Below, piece after piece: positions 23,075-34,279 of a stretch of DNA of 64,000 bases. Every line of letters begins with the position of its first letter. Position 1 is the stretch's first letter. Where the stretch lies: assembly GCA_963827755.1 (NCBI GenBank), contig CAWHCQ010000021.1, positions 32,001 to 96,000 of the forward strand, in the 5' to 3' direction. Position numbers and translations under genes: made by a program. The notes under the pieces are model-generated. The model was not told the DNA's origin, did not search any database, and saw only the letters and a program-made list of their open reading frames with translations. The DNA is from an uncultured Gammaproteobacteria bacterium (GTDB taxonomy: Bacteria; Pseudomonadota; Gammaproteobacteria; UBA9214).

Positions 23075-24127
23075 ATGCCCTATCAAGTCACCATACAATC
23101 CAGCGGCCATCGCTTCATCGTTGAAGAACCGGAATCCGTGCTCGATGCCGCACTGCGGCAGGGCGTTATCATGCCTTACGGCTGCCGTAACGGTGCCTGC
23201 GGAAAATGCATGGGTACGGTGTTGTCGGGTAATGTCGCCTACAAGAATGGCCCGCCACCGGCACTCAGTGACAGGGATGCGGCAGACAACAAGGCACTGT
23301 TCTGCCAGGCGCAGCCATCCGCCGACCTGACTATCGATGTACGCGAAGTCGATGCCGCCCGCGACATCGAAATAAAAACGCTGCCGAGCCGCGCTGAAAA
23401 AATCGAACACCTCGCACATGACGTGATTCGCATCTACCTGAGAATGCCGGCCACCGAGCGGCTGCAATTTCTTGCCGGCCAGTACATCGATGTGCTGATC
23501 AAGGACCACGAACCGCGGTCGTTCTCGATTGCCAACGCCCCCCATGATGATGAATTTATCGAGCTGCATATCCGTTTCGTGGCAGGCGGCCTGTTTACCG
23601 ACCAGGTATTTCACCACATGAAAGAAAAGGTCATGCTGCGGATCAGGGGGCCGTTGGGCACTTTTTTCCTGCGCGAGGATACCCAGCGTCCCGTCATACT
23701 GATTGGTGGCGGTACCGGCTTTGCACCCCTCAAGGGAATTCTCGAGCATGCCTTTGAAATCGGCATTACCCGTCCGCTGCACCTTTTCCGGGGCGTACGC
23801 GCCAGGCGTGACCTGTATCTCGACGAGCTGCCGGGACAATGGCTGCAGGAGCACTCGAATTTCAGTTACACGCCGGTACTTTCCGAACCACGGGAAGAAG
23901 ATAACTGGATTGGTGAAACCGGCTTTGTTACAGACGTGGTTCTGAAGCAGTACCCGAGGCTCGAGGAATATGACGTCTACATGAGCGGCCCACCGGTCAT
24001 GGTCGAGACCGGGCACAAGCTGTTCAGGCAAAACGGTCTCGACGAATCACGCTTCTTCTCGGACTCCTTCGTCTATGCCGCCGTCGCAGAAAACATCAAG
24101 GGCCTGAAACGGGATCAGGCGGAATGA
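23075..24127 (+). CDS. 2Fe-2S ferredoxin-NAD(P)H/FAD oxidoreductase (CDP-6-deoxy-delta-3,4-glucoseen reductase-like)
   Basis: CRNGACGKC...C, RSFSIAN, GGGTGFAP. Confidence 0.88.
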   Translation: MPYQVTIQSSGHRFIVEEPESVLDAALRQGVIMPYGCRNGACGKCMGTVLSGNVAYKNGPPPALSDRDAADNKALFCQAQPSADLTIDVREVDAARDIEIKTLPSRAEKIEHLAHDVIRIYLRMPATERLQFLAGQYIDVLIKDHEPRSFSIANAPHDDEFIELHIRFVAGGLFTDQVFHHMKEKVMLRIRGPLGTFFLREDTQRPVILIGGGTGFAPLKGILEHAFEIGITRPLHLFRGVRARRDLYLDELPGQWLQEHSNFSYTPVLSEPREEDNWIGETGFVTDVVLKQYPRLEEYDVYMSGPPVMVETGHKLFRQNGLDESRFFSDSFVYAAVAENIKGLKRDQAE

Positions 24128-24866
24128 TTTTTCCCAATACAGCCATCATCGCCTCGTCACTGGCATTGCCGGCAACAAGCGGTGTCCTGGTAAAACCGAG
24201 CTGTTCCGCCAGTTCGAGCTGGCGCTGGCCGGGTACCACCAGCAGCTTTTCGCGCAAACCGGGCTGGCCCTGCGGGCCGGCCATGACGAACAGGTTCTGC
24301 AGTGTCTCGTTGCTCGCGGCCGTCACGATATCCACGGTTTGCAGCAAGGCAATTACTGCCTGGAAGTCAATGACAGGGCAGGTGCGGCTGTATACCTCTG
24401 CATAAACGACCTCGGCACCCCGCGCCGTCAGGCTGTCATAGAGTTTCGAGCGGCCGCCGTTACCACGGAATATGACAACTTTTTTCTCCTGCATATCCTG
24501 CAGGCCGGCAACGGCCAGCAGGCCTTCGCTGCTGTACTCATGTAGCGGCACATAGTCGACGGACAGGCCGTAGCCTTCAAGGGCATGTGTCGATGTGGGG
24601 CCGACCGTGGCGAGTTTCACCTGTGCCGGCCATTTGCGCCGCGCAAGAATGTACGGCACGCCTGCATGGACGGCATTGACGCTGACAAACACCGCCAGCT
24701 GGAAGGTATCCAGTTCAGCCAGCAGGGATTCCAGCGGGCCTGTATCTTCGGGTGGGTGAACCTCAATGGCGGGCAGGCGCACCGCTTCAGCGCCCGCCGC
24801 CTCGATCAATGCACACAGGCGGTCCGCCTGGCCGGCAGGACGGGTAACGAGGACACGCTTATTCAC
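24096..24866 (-). CDS. hemD: uroporphyrinogen-III synthase
   Basis: VLVTRP, FVSVNAV, SEGLL, FRGNGGR; follows hemC. Confidence 0.92.
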   Translation of the reverse strand: MNKRVLVTRPAGQADRLCALIEAAGAEAVRLPAIEVHPPEDTGPLESLLAELDTFQLAVFVSVNAVHAGVPYILARRKWPAQVKLATVGPTSTHALEGYGLSVDYVPLHEYSSEGLLAVAGLQDMQEKKVVIFRGNGGRSKLYDSLTARGAEVVYAEVYSRTCPVIDFQAVIALLQTVDIVTAASNETLQNLFVMAGPQGQPGLREKLLVVPGQRQLELAEQLGFTRTPLVAGNASDEAMMAVLGKIIPPDPVSGP

Positions 24867-25791
24867 TGCCCAGCAACGCCTCCAGTATCGGGCGGCCACC
24901 CCGTGCAAGCAGTTCTTCGGCAAGCTCCCGGCCCATGGATTCTGCATCTTCCGGTGGCCCGCTGATCGCGGCGCGGATGATTTCGCGCCCATCAGGCCAA
25001 CCCACCAGGCCGCGCAATCCGATCAGGCCGTCCTTCAGCTCGGAATAACCGGCAACCGGCGCCTGGCAACCACCCGCCAGCGCCGCATTCAGGGAACGCT
25101 CGGCGCGGGTACGCAGGCCGGTATCAGTGTGCGCCAGTGGCCCGATCAGCCCGGCAGCTTCATCGTCAGGAAGGCGGCATTCAATGCCGATGACGCCCTG
25201 GGCAATCGCCGGCAACATCTCGTCAGCCTCGATAGCACGGGTAATGCGTGCACCCATACCAAGCCGCTTCAGGCCTGCACACGCCAGCACGATGGCGTCG
25301 TAGTCCCCGCTGTCGAGCTTCGACAGGCGGGTACCGACGTTGCCACGCAGGTCCAGGATCCGCAGGTCCGGCCGGGCCGCGCGCAACTGGCACTGGCGGC
25401 GCAGGCTGGAAGTCCCGACAGTCGCACCCTGCGGCAGATCCCCGATTGAAGTAAATCGATTCGATACAAAAGCATCGCGCGGGTCTTCCCGCTGGAGGAT
25501 AGCGCCGATCCCCAGGCCCTGTGGCAGTTCGGCCGGCACGTCCTTCATGGAGTGCACGGCGATATCGGCGCGATCCTCCAGCAGCGCCTGTTCCAGCTCC
25601 TTGACGAACAGCCCCTTGCCGCCGATTTTTGCCAGCGGGCTGTCGAGCACCCGGTCGCCCTGAGTACTCATCGTGACGAGTTCGACCTGCAGTCCCGAAT
25701 GCGCTGCCTGCAAAAGTTCACGTACATGCTCCGCCTGCCACAGGGCCAGCGGGCTTTTTCGGGTCGCAATTCGCAACAGATCGGTTGACAT
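24859..25791 (-). CDS. hemC: hydroxymethylbilane synthase
   Basis: [36 protein letters not shown]. Confidence 0.98.
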   Translation of the reverse strand: MSTDLLRIATRKSPLALWQAEHVRELLQAAHSGLQVELVTMSTQGDRVLDSPLAKIGGKGLFVKELEQALLEDRADIAVHSMKDVPAELPQGLGIGAILQREDPRDAFVSNRFTSIGDLPQGATVGTSSLRRQCQLRAARPDLRILDLRGNVGTRLSKLDSGDYDAIVLACAGLKRLGMGARITRAIEADEMLPAIAQGVIGIECRLPDDEAAGLIGPLAHTDTGLRTRAERSLNAALAGGCQAPVAGYSELKDGLIGLRGLVGWPDGREIIRAAISGPPEDAESMGRELAEELLARGGRPILEALLGSE

Positions 25792-25823
25792 CGGCTTGTT
25801 TCTACCGGATTAATAAAGGTTCA

Positions 25824-26354
25824 ATGAAACGATTATACAAGCCTGTTGTTTTCGGATGTGCATTATTCTGCCTGGCCACGGCTGCACCGCAGGCCGAGGT
25901 TGCCGTGCCGATTGCACAAGACCTGCATACCGATGGCCGGCTTGCGCAGCAAAAGCAATTGCCGATCCTGCTCGCCTTCACGGCAAATTACTGTAGCTAC
26001 TGTGACTTGCTGGAAGAGGATTTCCTGCAGCCAATGCTGCTGGGTGATGAGTACAGGGACAAAATCATCATGCGCAAGCTGGTGCTCGACAATGGCTCGC
26101 GGGTGGTGGATTTTTCCGGTCAGCGGGCCGCTGCCACCCGGCTGTCCGACCGCTACCGGGTATATGTCACCCCGACAATACTGTTCGTCGACGGCAACGG
26201 GACGGAGCTTGCACAACGCATGGTGGGCATCAATACGCCGGAATTGTTCGGTGGCTACCTCGATGACTGTATCGACACAGCCTGGCTGATGATCAGGAAC
26301 CCTGCGGGGCTGGCAAGGCTGCCGGGCTGCCGGCTGAACCCGCCGGCCCGGTGA
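25824..26354 (+). CDS. exported thioredoxin-fold protein (SoxW-like)
   Basis: Signal peptide, CSYC, YRVYVTPTILFVD. Confidence 0.75.
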   Translation: MKRLYKPVVFGCALFCLATAAPQAEVAVPIAQDLHTDGRLAQQKQLPILLAFTANYCSYCDLLEEDFLQPMLLGDEYRDKIIMRKLVLDNGSRVVDFSGQRAAATRLSDRYRVYVTPTILFVDGNGTELAQRMVGINTPELFGGYLDDCIDTAWLMIRNPAGLARLPGCRLNPPAR

Positions 26355-26471
26355 GCGGGCCTGCAGGTCTGTGGCCTGTTGAACGCCTTCAGCACGGCGA
26401 CCCGCAGAAAACGCACATGGATGGCGGATTGGTTATACTGCCCAGCGACAGACTTTCCGGTTAGTGCCAAC

Positions 26472-27872
26472 ATGACGGACGACAGCTTATCAGGCAAACC
26501 CTGGGGCGGACGGTTCACTGAATCGACCGACGCCTTCGTTGAAGCCTTTACCGCCTCGATCGGCTTTGATCACAGGCTCTATCATTATGACATCGAGGGT
26601 TCGATTGCCCATGCGCGCATGCTTGCCCACGTCGACATTATTACCGGGGCGGAATGTGAAAAAATTATCGACGGCCTGGAAAAAATTCGCGCAGATATCG
26701 AGCGTGATGATTTTGCCTGGTCGATAGAACTCGAAGACATTCACATGAATATCGAGGCGCGCCTGATTGAACGCATCGGCGAGACCGGCAAAAAGCTGCA
26801 TACCGGCCGGTCGCGCAACGACCAGGTCGCAACCGACCTGCGCCTTTACCTGCGCGATGAAATCGACAGGCTTTGCGGCGCATTGACACGCCTGCAATCC
26901 GCACTGGTCAATATCGCGGATCACGAAGTCGATACCATCATGCCCGGCTTTACCCACCTGCAGGTTGCCATGCCGGTCAGTTTCGGTCACCACATGCTTG
27001 CCTGGGAGGCCATGCTGGAACGTGACCATCAGCGCCTGCAGGACTGCCGGAAAAGGGTCAACATAATGCCGCTGGGCGCAGCGGCCCTGGCCGGCACCAG
27101 CTTTCCGATCGACCGCGAGTACAGCGCCCGCCTGCTGGGCTTTGATGCCCCGGCCGGCAACTCGCTGGATGCGGTCAGCGACCGGGATTTCGTCATTGAA
27201 TTCTGTGCGGCGGCGTCCATTATCATGATGCACCTGTCACGGTTCTCGGAGGAGCTGATTCTCTGGTCATCAGCACAGTTCAATTTTATTGAACTGCCTG
27301 ATCGCTTCTGTACCGGCTCCAGCATCATGCCGCAAAAGAAAAACCCGGATGTGCCTGAACTGGTGCGCGGCAAGAGCGGCCGGGTGACGGGTCACCTGCT
27401 CAGCCTGCTGATGTTGATGAAGAGCCAGCCACTGGCCTACAACAAGGACAACCAGGAAGACAAGGAACCGTTGTTCGACACGGTTGATACCCTGTCGGGG
27501 TCATTGCGGGTGTTTGCAGACATGATGCCGGCCATCGAGGTACATCGCCAGCAGATGGCAGCTGCCGCGCAACAGGGTTTTTCAACTGCCACGGATCTGG
27601 CAGACTACCTGGTACGCAAGGGCATCGCCTTCAGGGATGCACACGAGATCGTCGGCCGGGCCGTGCGCCTCGGGATCGACACTCAAAGGGACCTGGCGGA
27701 GATGTCCCTGGAGGAATTGCAGGGCTTCTCGGCAGTCATCAGCGGGGACGTGTTTGCCGTGTTAACGCTGCAGGGTTCCATGGCGGCGCGCAACCACCAG
27801 GGTGGAACCGCGCCCGGGCAGGTGCGCACAGCGGTCGCGGCCGCCCGGAAACGGCTGCAAGGACGGCAATAA
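26472..27872 (+). CDS. argH: argininosuccinate lyase
   Basis: [26 protein letters not shown]. Confidence 0.98.
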   Translation: MTDDSLSGKPWGGRFTESTDAFVEAFTASIGFDHRLYHYDIEGSIAHARMLAHVDIITGAECEKIIDGLEKIRADIERDDFAWSIELEDIHMNIEARLIERIGETGKKLHTGRSRNDQVATDLRLYLRDEIDRLCGALTRLQSALVNIADHEVDTIMPGFTHLQVAMPVSFGHHMLAWEAMLERDHQRLQDCRKRVNIMPLGAAALAGTSFPIDREYSARLLGFDAPAGNSLDAVSDRDFVIEFCAAASIIMMHLSRFSEELILWSSAQFNFIELPDRFCTGSSIMPQKKNPDVPELVRGKSGRVTGHLLSLLMLMKSQPLAYNKDNQEDKEPLFDTVDTLSGSLRVFADMMPAIEVHRQQMAAAAQQGFSTATDLADYLVRKGIAFRDAHEIVGRAVRLGIDTQRDLAEMSLEELQGFSAVISGDVFAVLTLQGSMAARNHQGGTAPGQVRTAVAAARKRLQGRQ

Positions 27873-27955
27873 CCTCCCGATTCCAGGGGAAACAGGCATG
27901 GCTGCAGCTACAATCATTCTAAAGAGATGCGAGAACTTACCGCTATACAGGAATT

Positions 27956-28762
27956 ATGAAAGACTTGACATCAAATGAAGCATTGACCTTGCTGGATACC
28001 TGCCCGATGGCAATGCTGCTCATCGGCCAGGACAACATCATCCGTGGCTATAACCAGGCCTTCACGGCCCTCACCGGCATGATGACGGGTACCCTCGATA
28101 GCGCCATGCAACAGCAGCTGCTTGCACCCCTGCTTGGCGAGGGAACGGTTATCAACTGGGTCACACCGGACGGCGACGAGCACTGGCTGAGCCTTGAGAC
28201 CGTGACGCTTGGCAATACCGGCGTCAGCGCCCGTTTTTACCACGACATTACTGAAAATCTGCGGCTGAAAAAAGAACGTGACGCGCTTGCCGCCGAACTC
28301 AGCGAACAATCCCTCAATGACGGGCACTTGACCAGCCTGTTAAGCCGCCATGGAATACTGGTTTCCATGGGGCCGCTGGTCGCCCGCTCCCGGCGCTACA
28401 ACAGTCCCTTGTCCGTTATCGCCATGAGCGTCGATACTGCGCAGGAGCGTGACACGACACTTCACGGGCTGTCCCTGCTGCTGAAAGACCAGACCCGCTG
28501 GGCAGACCTTGTCGGCTGTAACAGCGAGGGTGATTTTATACTCGTCCTGCAGGAAGCCACCCGCGATTCCGCCTTGCAACTGGTGGAAAAACTCTCTGCC
28601 AGGCTGGAAACCATGAACGCTGACGCCAGCGACCCGGTCGTTGCCAGCTATGGCATTGCCGAGTGCGACAAGAGCGATGATGCCATCTCCCTGCTGGAGC
28701 GTGCCGAAGCTGCACTGACCGAGGCGCAAAACAGCGACAGCCATACCTCGATCGCCATGTAG
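27956..28762 (+). CDS. PAS-like plus degenerate GGDEF domain protein
   Basis: LTSLLSR, RSRRYNSPLSV, RWAD-LVGCN-SEGDF, SYGIA, LLERAEAAL. Confidence 0.7.
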   Translation: MKDLTSNEALTLLDTCPMAMLLIGQDNIIRGYNQAFTALTGMMTGTLDSAMQQQLLAPLLGEGTVINWVTPDGDEHWLSLETVTLGNTGVSARFYHDITENLRLKKERDALAAELSEQSLNDGHLTSLLSRHGILVSMGPLVARSRRYNSPLSVIAMSVDTAQERDTTLHGLSLLLKDQTRWADLVGCNSEGDFILVLQEATRDSALQLVEKLSARLETMNADASDPVVASYGIAECDKSDDAISLLERAEAALTEAQNSDSHTSIAM

Positions 28763-28876
28763 GCAATCTATCCTGCTGAATTAAATAATATTTTATACCC
28801 GCCGGCCGGTCTGCAGGTCAGAGAAATCATTTTGTTAACCTTTTGCGCGAGAAATCACGGCATCTAAAAACCGGAA

Positions 28877-29557
28877 CTATCCGCCTGCCAGCACTTTAAC
28901 AATCCAGCTGCGAATATCTGCGATCTCATCGGTACAAACAGCATGCTGCATGGAATAGGTATGCCAATCGACCGCATAGCCCTGTTGCTGCAGTCTATCG
29001 CGCGAAAGCGACGCCAGCGCCAGCGGCACAACGGGGTCACTTGTTCCGTGCGCCATCATGATAGCTATGGAACGATTGGCCGGCGTTGCTTCCCGCTCCA
29101 GGGTATCGGCCAGCGGCAAATAGGCTGACAGGGCCATGATGCCCGCCAGCGGCTGCGGATAGCGCAGGCCGGTATGCAGCACAATGGCGCCGCCCTGGGA
29201 AAAACCGGCCAGCAGGATACGCCTGGAATCCATGCCGTTGGCGATTTCGCGCGCAATCAATGCGCGCAGCTGTCGCTCCGATGCGCGGATCCCCTCGCTG
29301 TCCTGCGCCTGTCCAAAATCGGCTGCCAGCAGGATGTCATACCAGGCCGGCATCATGGCGCCGTTGTTGACGGTCACCGCACGGTGCGGCGCATGGGGCA
29401 ACACCACGCGCACAGCATGCTCCTCGACAATCCCCAGCTGTGGAATCAGGGGCTCAAAATCATGGCCATCGGCACCCAGGCCATGCAGCCAGATAATGCA
29501 GGCTTGCGGTTTGCCGGGCGGGTTTATTTCGATTGCATCGAGCACTGTGCTGTCCAT
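28877..29557 (-). CDS. carboxylesterase (phospholipase/carboxylesterase family)
   Basis: IWLHGLGADG, PAWYDI, GFSQGG, HGTSDPVV. Confidence 0.92.
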   Translation of the reverse strand: MDSTVLDAIEINPPGKPQACIIWLHGLGADGHDFEPLIPQLGIVEEHAVRVVLPHAPHRAVTVNNGAMMPAWYDILLAADFGQAQDSEGIRASERQLRALIAREIANGMDSRRILLAGFSQGGAIVLHTGLRYPQPLAGIMALSAYLPLADTLEREATPANRSIAIMMAHGTSDPVVPLALASLSRDRLQQQGYAVDWHTYSMQHAVCTDEIADIRSWIVKVLAGG

Positions 29558-29660
29558 GCTGCCTAGTATGCCACCGAACCGGCGCCGATCCAGCAGCACG
29601 CCCGATGCTGGTGCAGACTGTGGGCTGACCGTATACTGGCGAACACACGGGACGAATGCC

Positions 29661-29792
29661 ATGAAGCACCGAATCACATCACCGCTGTTAGTGCTGCTCA
29701 TCACGCTTGCAGGCAGCTGCGCCCTGCTGGCTGGCTGCGGGCAAAAAGGTCCGCTGTATCTGCCGGAAGAAGCCGAGCAAACTGAAAACTGA
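29661..29792 (+). CDS. lptM: small outer-membrane lipoprotein (LptM/YifL/LppL family)
   Basis: Lipobox LLAGC followed by GQKGPLYLP; upstream of lysA-dapF. Confidence 0.85.
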   Translation: MKHRITSPLLVLLITLAGSCALLAGCGQKGPLYLPEEAEQTEN

Positions 29793-29822
29793 TTTGCGCC
29801 GAACGACCGGGACCGCTCTGTC

Positions 29823-31073
29823 ATGGACCACTTTAACTATCGGGACGGCCGCCTGCAGGCCGAGGGCGTGGATGTTGCTGCCATCGCCGCACAGCTGGGC
29901 ACCCCCTGCTACGTCTATTCTCGCGCTACGCTGGAGCGGCACTGGCGTGTCTTTGACGAAGCACTGGGCGCACACCCGCACCTTATCTGCTATGCCGTCA
30001 AGGCAAACTCCAGCCTTGCCGTGCTGCAGGTACTGGCGCAGCTCGGGTCCGGCTTCGATATCGTTTCACAAGGCGAGCTGGCGCGTGTCCTGCGTGCCGG
30101 CGGCGACCCGTCACGTATAGTCTTTTCCGGTGTCGGCAAACGCAGCGCCGAGATGCAGGCCGCCCTGCTTGCCGGCATCCGCTGCTTTAATGTGGAGTCG
30201 GAACCCGAGCTGCTGCGCCTTGACGAAGTGGCCGGCGAGTGCGGCAAGGTCGCACCGGTGTCGTTGCGGGTAAACCCGGATGTCGACGCCGGCACACACC
30301 CTTATATCTCGACCGGTCTGCGTGACAACAAGTTCGGCATCGATGTTGATACGGTACTCGATACCTACCGGCATGCGGCCGCGCTGCCCAATATTGATGT
30401 CACCGGTATCGATTGCCACATCGGCTCGCAACTCACCGAGATTACGCCGTTTGTCGATGCCCTTGAACGGGTGCTGCTGCTGGTTGACCGTTTGCAGGAA
30501 TACGGTATCACCCTGCGGCATATTGACCTCGGCGGGGGGCTCGGCATTCAGTACACGCAGACGGATACCCCGCCGCTGCCGGATGCCTACGCCCTCGAGC
30601 TGCTTGCCCACCTCGAGGGCCGCCCCCAGCAACTGCTGCTGGAACCGGGACGCGCCATTGCCGGCAATGCAGGCATCCTGCTGACACGGGTTGAATACCT
30701 GAAACACACGGCGCACAGGAATTTTGCCATCGTCGATGCCGCCATGAACGACCTGCAGCGACCGGCCCTGTACGATGCATGGCATGAAATCATTCCGGCA
30801 GAACCACGCAATTCCGACAGGACAAATTATGATGTTGTCGGGCCGGTGTGTGAAACCGGTGACTTTCTCGGCAGGGACCGTGAACTTGCACTTGAGCCGG
30901 GCGACCTGCTTGCGGTGCGCTCTGCCGGTGCCTACGGATTCACCATGAGTTCAAACTACAATTCACGCCCGCGCGCGGCAGAAGTCATGGTCGACGGTGA
31001 TCAACTGCATGTGATCCGCGAACGGGAATCGATCGAGGACCTGTACCGCGGTGAACGGCTATTGCCTGAATAG
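29823..31073 (+). CDS. lysA: diaminopimelate decarboxylase
   Basis: [24 protein letters not shown]. Confidence 0.98.
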   Translation: MDHFNYRDGRLQAEGVDVAAIAAQLGTPCYVYSRATLERHWRVFDEALGAHPHLICYAVKANSSLAVLQVLAQLGSGFDIVSQGELARVLRAGGDPSRIVFSGVGKRSAEMQAALLAGIRCFNVESEPELLRLDEVAGECGKVAPVSLRVNPDVDAGTHPYISTGLRDNKFGIDVDTVLDTYRHAAALPNIDVTGIDCHIGSQLTEITPFVDALERVLLLVDRLQEYGITLRHIDLGGGLGIQYTQTDTPPLPDAYALELLAHLEGRPQQLLLEPGRAIAGNAGILLTRVEYLKHTAHRNFAIVDAAMNDLQRPALYDAWHEIIPAEPRNSDRTNYDVVGPVCETGDFLGRDRELALEPGDLLAVRSAGAYGFTMSSNYNSRPRAAEVMVDGDQLHVIRERESIEDLYRGERLLPE

Positions 31074-31096
31074 CCGGGACGGACCAGGCTGTAAAT

Positions 31097-31927
31097 ATGC
31101 AACTCGAATTCACAAAAATGCATGGCCTTGGCAATGACTTCGTGGTCATCGATGCCATCAACCAGTCCGTGTCGCTGACAGCGGAACAGGTCCGCCGGCT
31201 GGCAGACCGGCACTTCGGTATCGGCTGTGACCAGTTGCTGCTGGTTGAGCGGGCAACATCAGGCCAGGCAGACTTCCGCTACCGCATCTACAATGCCGAC
31301 GGCGGTGAAGTCGGGCAATGCGGCAACGGTGCCCGCTGCTTCATGCGTTTTGTCAACGAGCAGGGCCTGAGTGACAAAACCGAACTGACTGTGGAAACAG
31401 CCGGCGGACCACTGCGGCTGATTCGTGAGGAAGACGGCCAGATCACCGTCAATATGGGTATACCGCGACTGCAGCCCGATGAAATCCCCTTCGATGCCCC
31501 GGCCTGTGCAACACTCTACCCGTTGCGTGTGGAGGATCGTGAGCTGGAAATCGCCGCCCTTTCCATGGGCAATCCGCATGCTGTCATGCTGGTGGATGAG
31601 ATCGGACATGCGCCGCTTGCGCAGCTCGGTCCCGCCATAGAAAGCCACCCGCGTTTCCCGCAGCGCGTCAATGCCGGCTTCATGCAGATCGTGAATCGCG
31701 AATCCATTCATGTGCGCGTCTATGAACGCGGCGCCGGGGAGACGCTCGCCTGCGGCAGCGGCGCCTGTGCAGCCGTGGTGGCAGGACGCTTGTGGGGGCG
31801 CCTCGACAGCCGTGTAAAAGTATTCCTGAACGGTGGAGAACTTATGGTAAGCTGGCAAGGTGAAGGCGAGCCAGTGATGATGACCGGGCCGGCAACCACA
31901 GTCTACCAGGGACATATCGAGCTATGA
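31097..31927 (+). CDS. dapF: diaminopimelate epimerase
   Basis: [29 protein letters not shown]. Confidence 0.98.
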   Translation: MQLEFTKMHGLGNDFVVIDAINQSVSLTAEQVRRLADRHFGIGCDQLLLVERATSGQADFRYRIYNADGGEVGQCGNGARCFMRFVNEQGLSDKTELTVETAGGPLRLIREEDGQITVNMGIPRLQPDEIPFDAPACATLYPLRVEDRELEIAALSMGNPHAVMLVDEIGHAPLAQLGPAIESHPRFPQRVNAGFMQIVNRESIHVRVYERGAGETLACGSGACAAVVAGRLWGRLDSRVKVFLNGGELMVSWQGEGEPVMMTGPATTVYQGHIEL

Positions 31928-32637
31928 CCACATCTCAGCAGACCCAGTCGGAAGCACTGCCTTTGGAAGAGAAAACCATTGCCGATTACCTGCGCAACAA
32001 CCCCGAGTTCTTTCAAAACAATCCCAGCCTGCTTGCATCCCTGGAGATTCCACACAGCTGCGGACCTGCCATTTCGCTGGTAGAGCACCAGATCAAGGTT
32101 CTGCGTGACCAGAATTCCCAGCTGAAACGCAAACTGATGGACCTGGTACATGTCGCACGCGACAACAATCGCCTGAATGAACGCCTGCACCAGTTAACAC
32201 TTGGACTGATCAACTCGACATCGCTGGAGAACCTGCTTGATACACTGCGCGACAACCTCGAGGGCGAGTTCAGCGCCGACACGGTCACGCTGCGTCTCGC
32301 CGGGGTATCAGGTGCCCGGGCACGCGAATGCGGCGTGGAAACCTATGCGCCGGACACGGCGCTGGTCCTTTTTGAAACCTTCATCAAGTCATGCCAGCCG
32401 CAGTGCGGACGCTTCAAAAAAGAGCAATTGAAGTACCTGTTCGGTGACCAGGCAGAGGCGATTGAATCTGCCGCCCTGATCCCGCTTGGCCGGAACAGCG
32501 CCCAGGGACTGCTGGCCATCGGCAGCCAGGAACCGAGCCGCTTCCATCCGGGTATGGGTACCCTGTTCCTGACACACCTGGGTGAATTGATGGGCCTGCT
32601 GCTGGCTGAAAACACCAGGAACCCGGCTGCGGACTGA
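31924..32637 (+). CDS. DUF484 family protein (YigA)
   Basis: [27 protein letters not shown]; dapF-DUF484-xerC order. Confidence 0.9.
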   Translation: MTTSQQTQSEALPLEEKTIADYLRNNPEFFQNNPSLLASLEIPHSCGPAISLVEHQIKVLRDQNSQLKRKLMDLVHVARDNNRLNERLHQLTLGLINSTSLENLLDTLRDNLEGEFSADTVTLRLAGVSGARARECGVETYAPDTALVLFETFIKSCQPQCGRFKKEQLKYLFGDQAEAIESAALIPLGRNSAQGLLAIGSQEPSRFHPGMGTLFLTHLGELMGLLLAENTRNPAAD

Positions 32638-32653
32638 TCACGCCTGACCGGTC

Positions 32654-33589
32654 GTGGCGCATTCCTCACAGGACTGGATCGACGCTTTTCTGCATCACCT
32701 GCAGACGGAACGACGGCTTTCCGCCAACACCTGCAAACACTATCAACGTGACCTGGCGGAGCTGCTCAACTGGTGCAATGACAGCGGTATCAGGCAGTGG
32801 AAAAAACTCGGCACCCACCAGGTCAGGCAATATGCGGCACAGTGTCACCGTCGCGGCCTGAGCGGACGCAGTATCCAGAGACGTCTCTCGGCACTGCGCA
32901 GTTTTTATAATTACCTGCTCAGGGAGCAGGCCGTCAGTCTCAATCCCGGGCTGGACGTCAGCGCACCGAAGGCGGAAAAACACCTGCCGGATACGCTCAG
33001 TGTCGACGACATCACACGTATGCTGAGCGTGAATACCGGGGACACCCTGGCATTGCGTGACCTTGCCATACTCGAACTCATGTATTCCTCCGGGTTGCGT
33101 CTCGCCGAACTCGTCGCGCTGGACTGCGCTGATGTGGACTTCAGTGAACGCATGGTTCGAGTGACGGGAAAAGGCTCGAAGACCCGCGTCATACCTGTCG
33201 GAGAGAAGGCGATCACAGCCTTGCGGGCCTGGTTGAGGCTGCGCCCGCAGCAACTTGCCGACGGCGAAACGGCCGTGTTTACCGGCCGCAACGGCTCGCG
33301 CCTCGGTCCCCGTGCAATCCAGAAACGCGTCAAGCAATGGGCACGCAAGCAGGGTGTTCCCGGTGACCTCCACCCCCACACCCTGCGTCATTCCTTTGCC
33401 AGTCACCTGCTCGAATCCAGCGGTGACCTGCGCGCGGTGCAGGAGTTGCTCGGTCACGCCGATATCAGCACCACGCAGATCTATACCCACCTCGATTTCC
33501 AGCACCTCGCCCAGGTCTACGACAAGGCCCATCCACGGGCACGCAAATCCGGGCGCCGAGTGCCATCACGCCCCGTAAAACCCCTTTAA
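32654..33589 (+). CDS. xerC: tyrosine recombinase XerC
   Basis: LMYSSGLRLAEL, HPHTLRHSFASH, LLGHADISTTQIY; housekeeping context. Confidence 0.95.
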   Translation: MAHSSQDWIDAFLHHLQTERRLSANTCKHYQRDLAELLNWCNDSGIRQWKKLGTHQVRQYAAQCHRRGLSGRSIQRRLSALRSFYNYLLREQAVSLNPGLDVSAPKAEKHLPDTLSVDDITRMLSVNTGDTLALRDLAILELMYSSGLRLAELVALDCADVDFSERMVRVTGKGSKTRVIPVGEKAITALRAWLRLRPQQLADGETAVFTGRNGSRLGPRAIQKRVKQWARKQGVPGDLHPHTLRHSFASHLLESSGDLRAVQELLGHADISTTQIYTHLDFQHLAQVYDKAHPRARKSGRRVPSRPVKPL

Positions 33590-33655
33590 TTTCATACTGA
33601 TCTGTCATTTCTGAATGGTGTACAATCGTACGCCCGATTTTCCAGGAGCAGGACC

Positions 33656-34198
33656 GTGAAGCAGTTTCGAGGTACAACCATCCTCTCCGTGCGGCGCAAT
33701 GATCACGTGGTGATTGGCGGCGACGGCCAGGTCACGATGGGTGACACCGTGATGAAGGGCAATGCACGCAAGGTGCGCCGCCTCTATAACGACAAGGTGA
33801 TCGCCGGTTTTGCCGGTGGCACGGCCGATGCCTTCACCCTGTTTGAACTGTTCGAGGCAAAGCTCGATGAGTTTGGCGGCCAATTGACCCGCGCGGCCGT
33901 CGAACTGGCCAAGGACTGGCGCACCAACAAGATGCTGCGTAATCTGGAAGCCCTGCTGGTGGTGGCCGATACCAGCACCTCGCTGATCATCAGCGGCAAT
34001 GGCGATGTCATCGAGCCGGAGCACGCCTTGATGGCCATTGGTTCGGGCGGCCCCTACGCCCAGGCGGCGGCACGTGCACTGATCGAGAATACCGGGCTGG
34101 ATGCACGCGCCATTACCGAAAAGGCACTGAATATTGCCGCCGAAATCTGCGTCTATACCAATCACAGCCTGACCATCGAGGAACTGGTGCTGGATTGA
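33656..34198 (+). CDS. hslV: ATP-dependent protease subunit HslV
   Basis: [18 protein letters not shown]. Confidence 0.98.
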   Translation: MKQFRGTTILSVRRNDHVVIGGDGQVTMGDTVMKGNARKVRRLYNDKVIAGFAGGTADAFTLFELFEAKLDEFGGQLTRAAVELAKDWRTNKMLRNLEALLVVADTSTSLIISGNGDVIEPEHALMAIGSGGPYAQAAARALIENTGLDARAITEKALNIAAEICVYTNHSLTIEELVLD

Positions 34199-34279
34199 TC
34201 ATCAGCCGAGCCTTAATATGTATCTAATTGTTGCTAAATGACTATAAATTCACGTTAACCAGACAGAACATCGCCCAAC

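Noticed and set aside
32654-33589. Tyrosine recombinase as a phage or island integrase
   Set aside because: dapF-DUF484-xerC context marks it as housekeeping XerC
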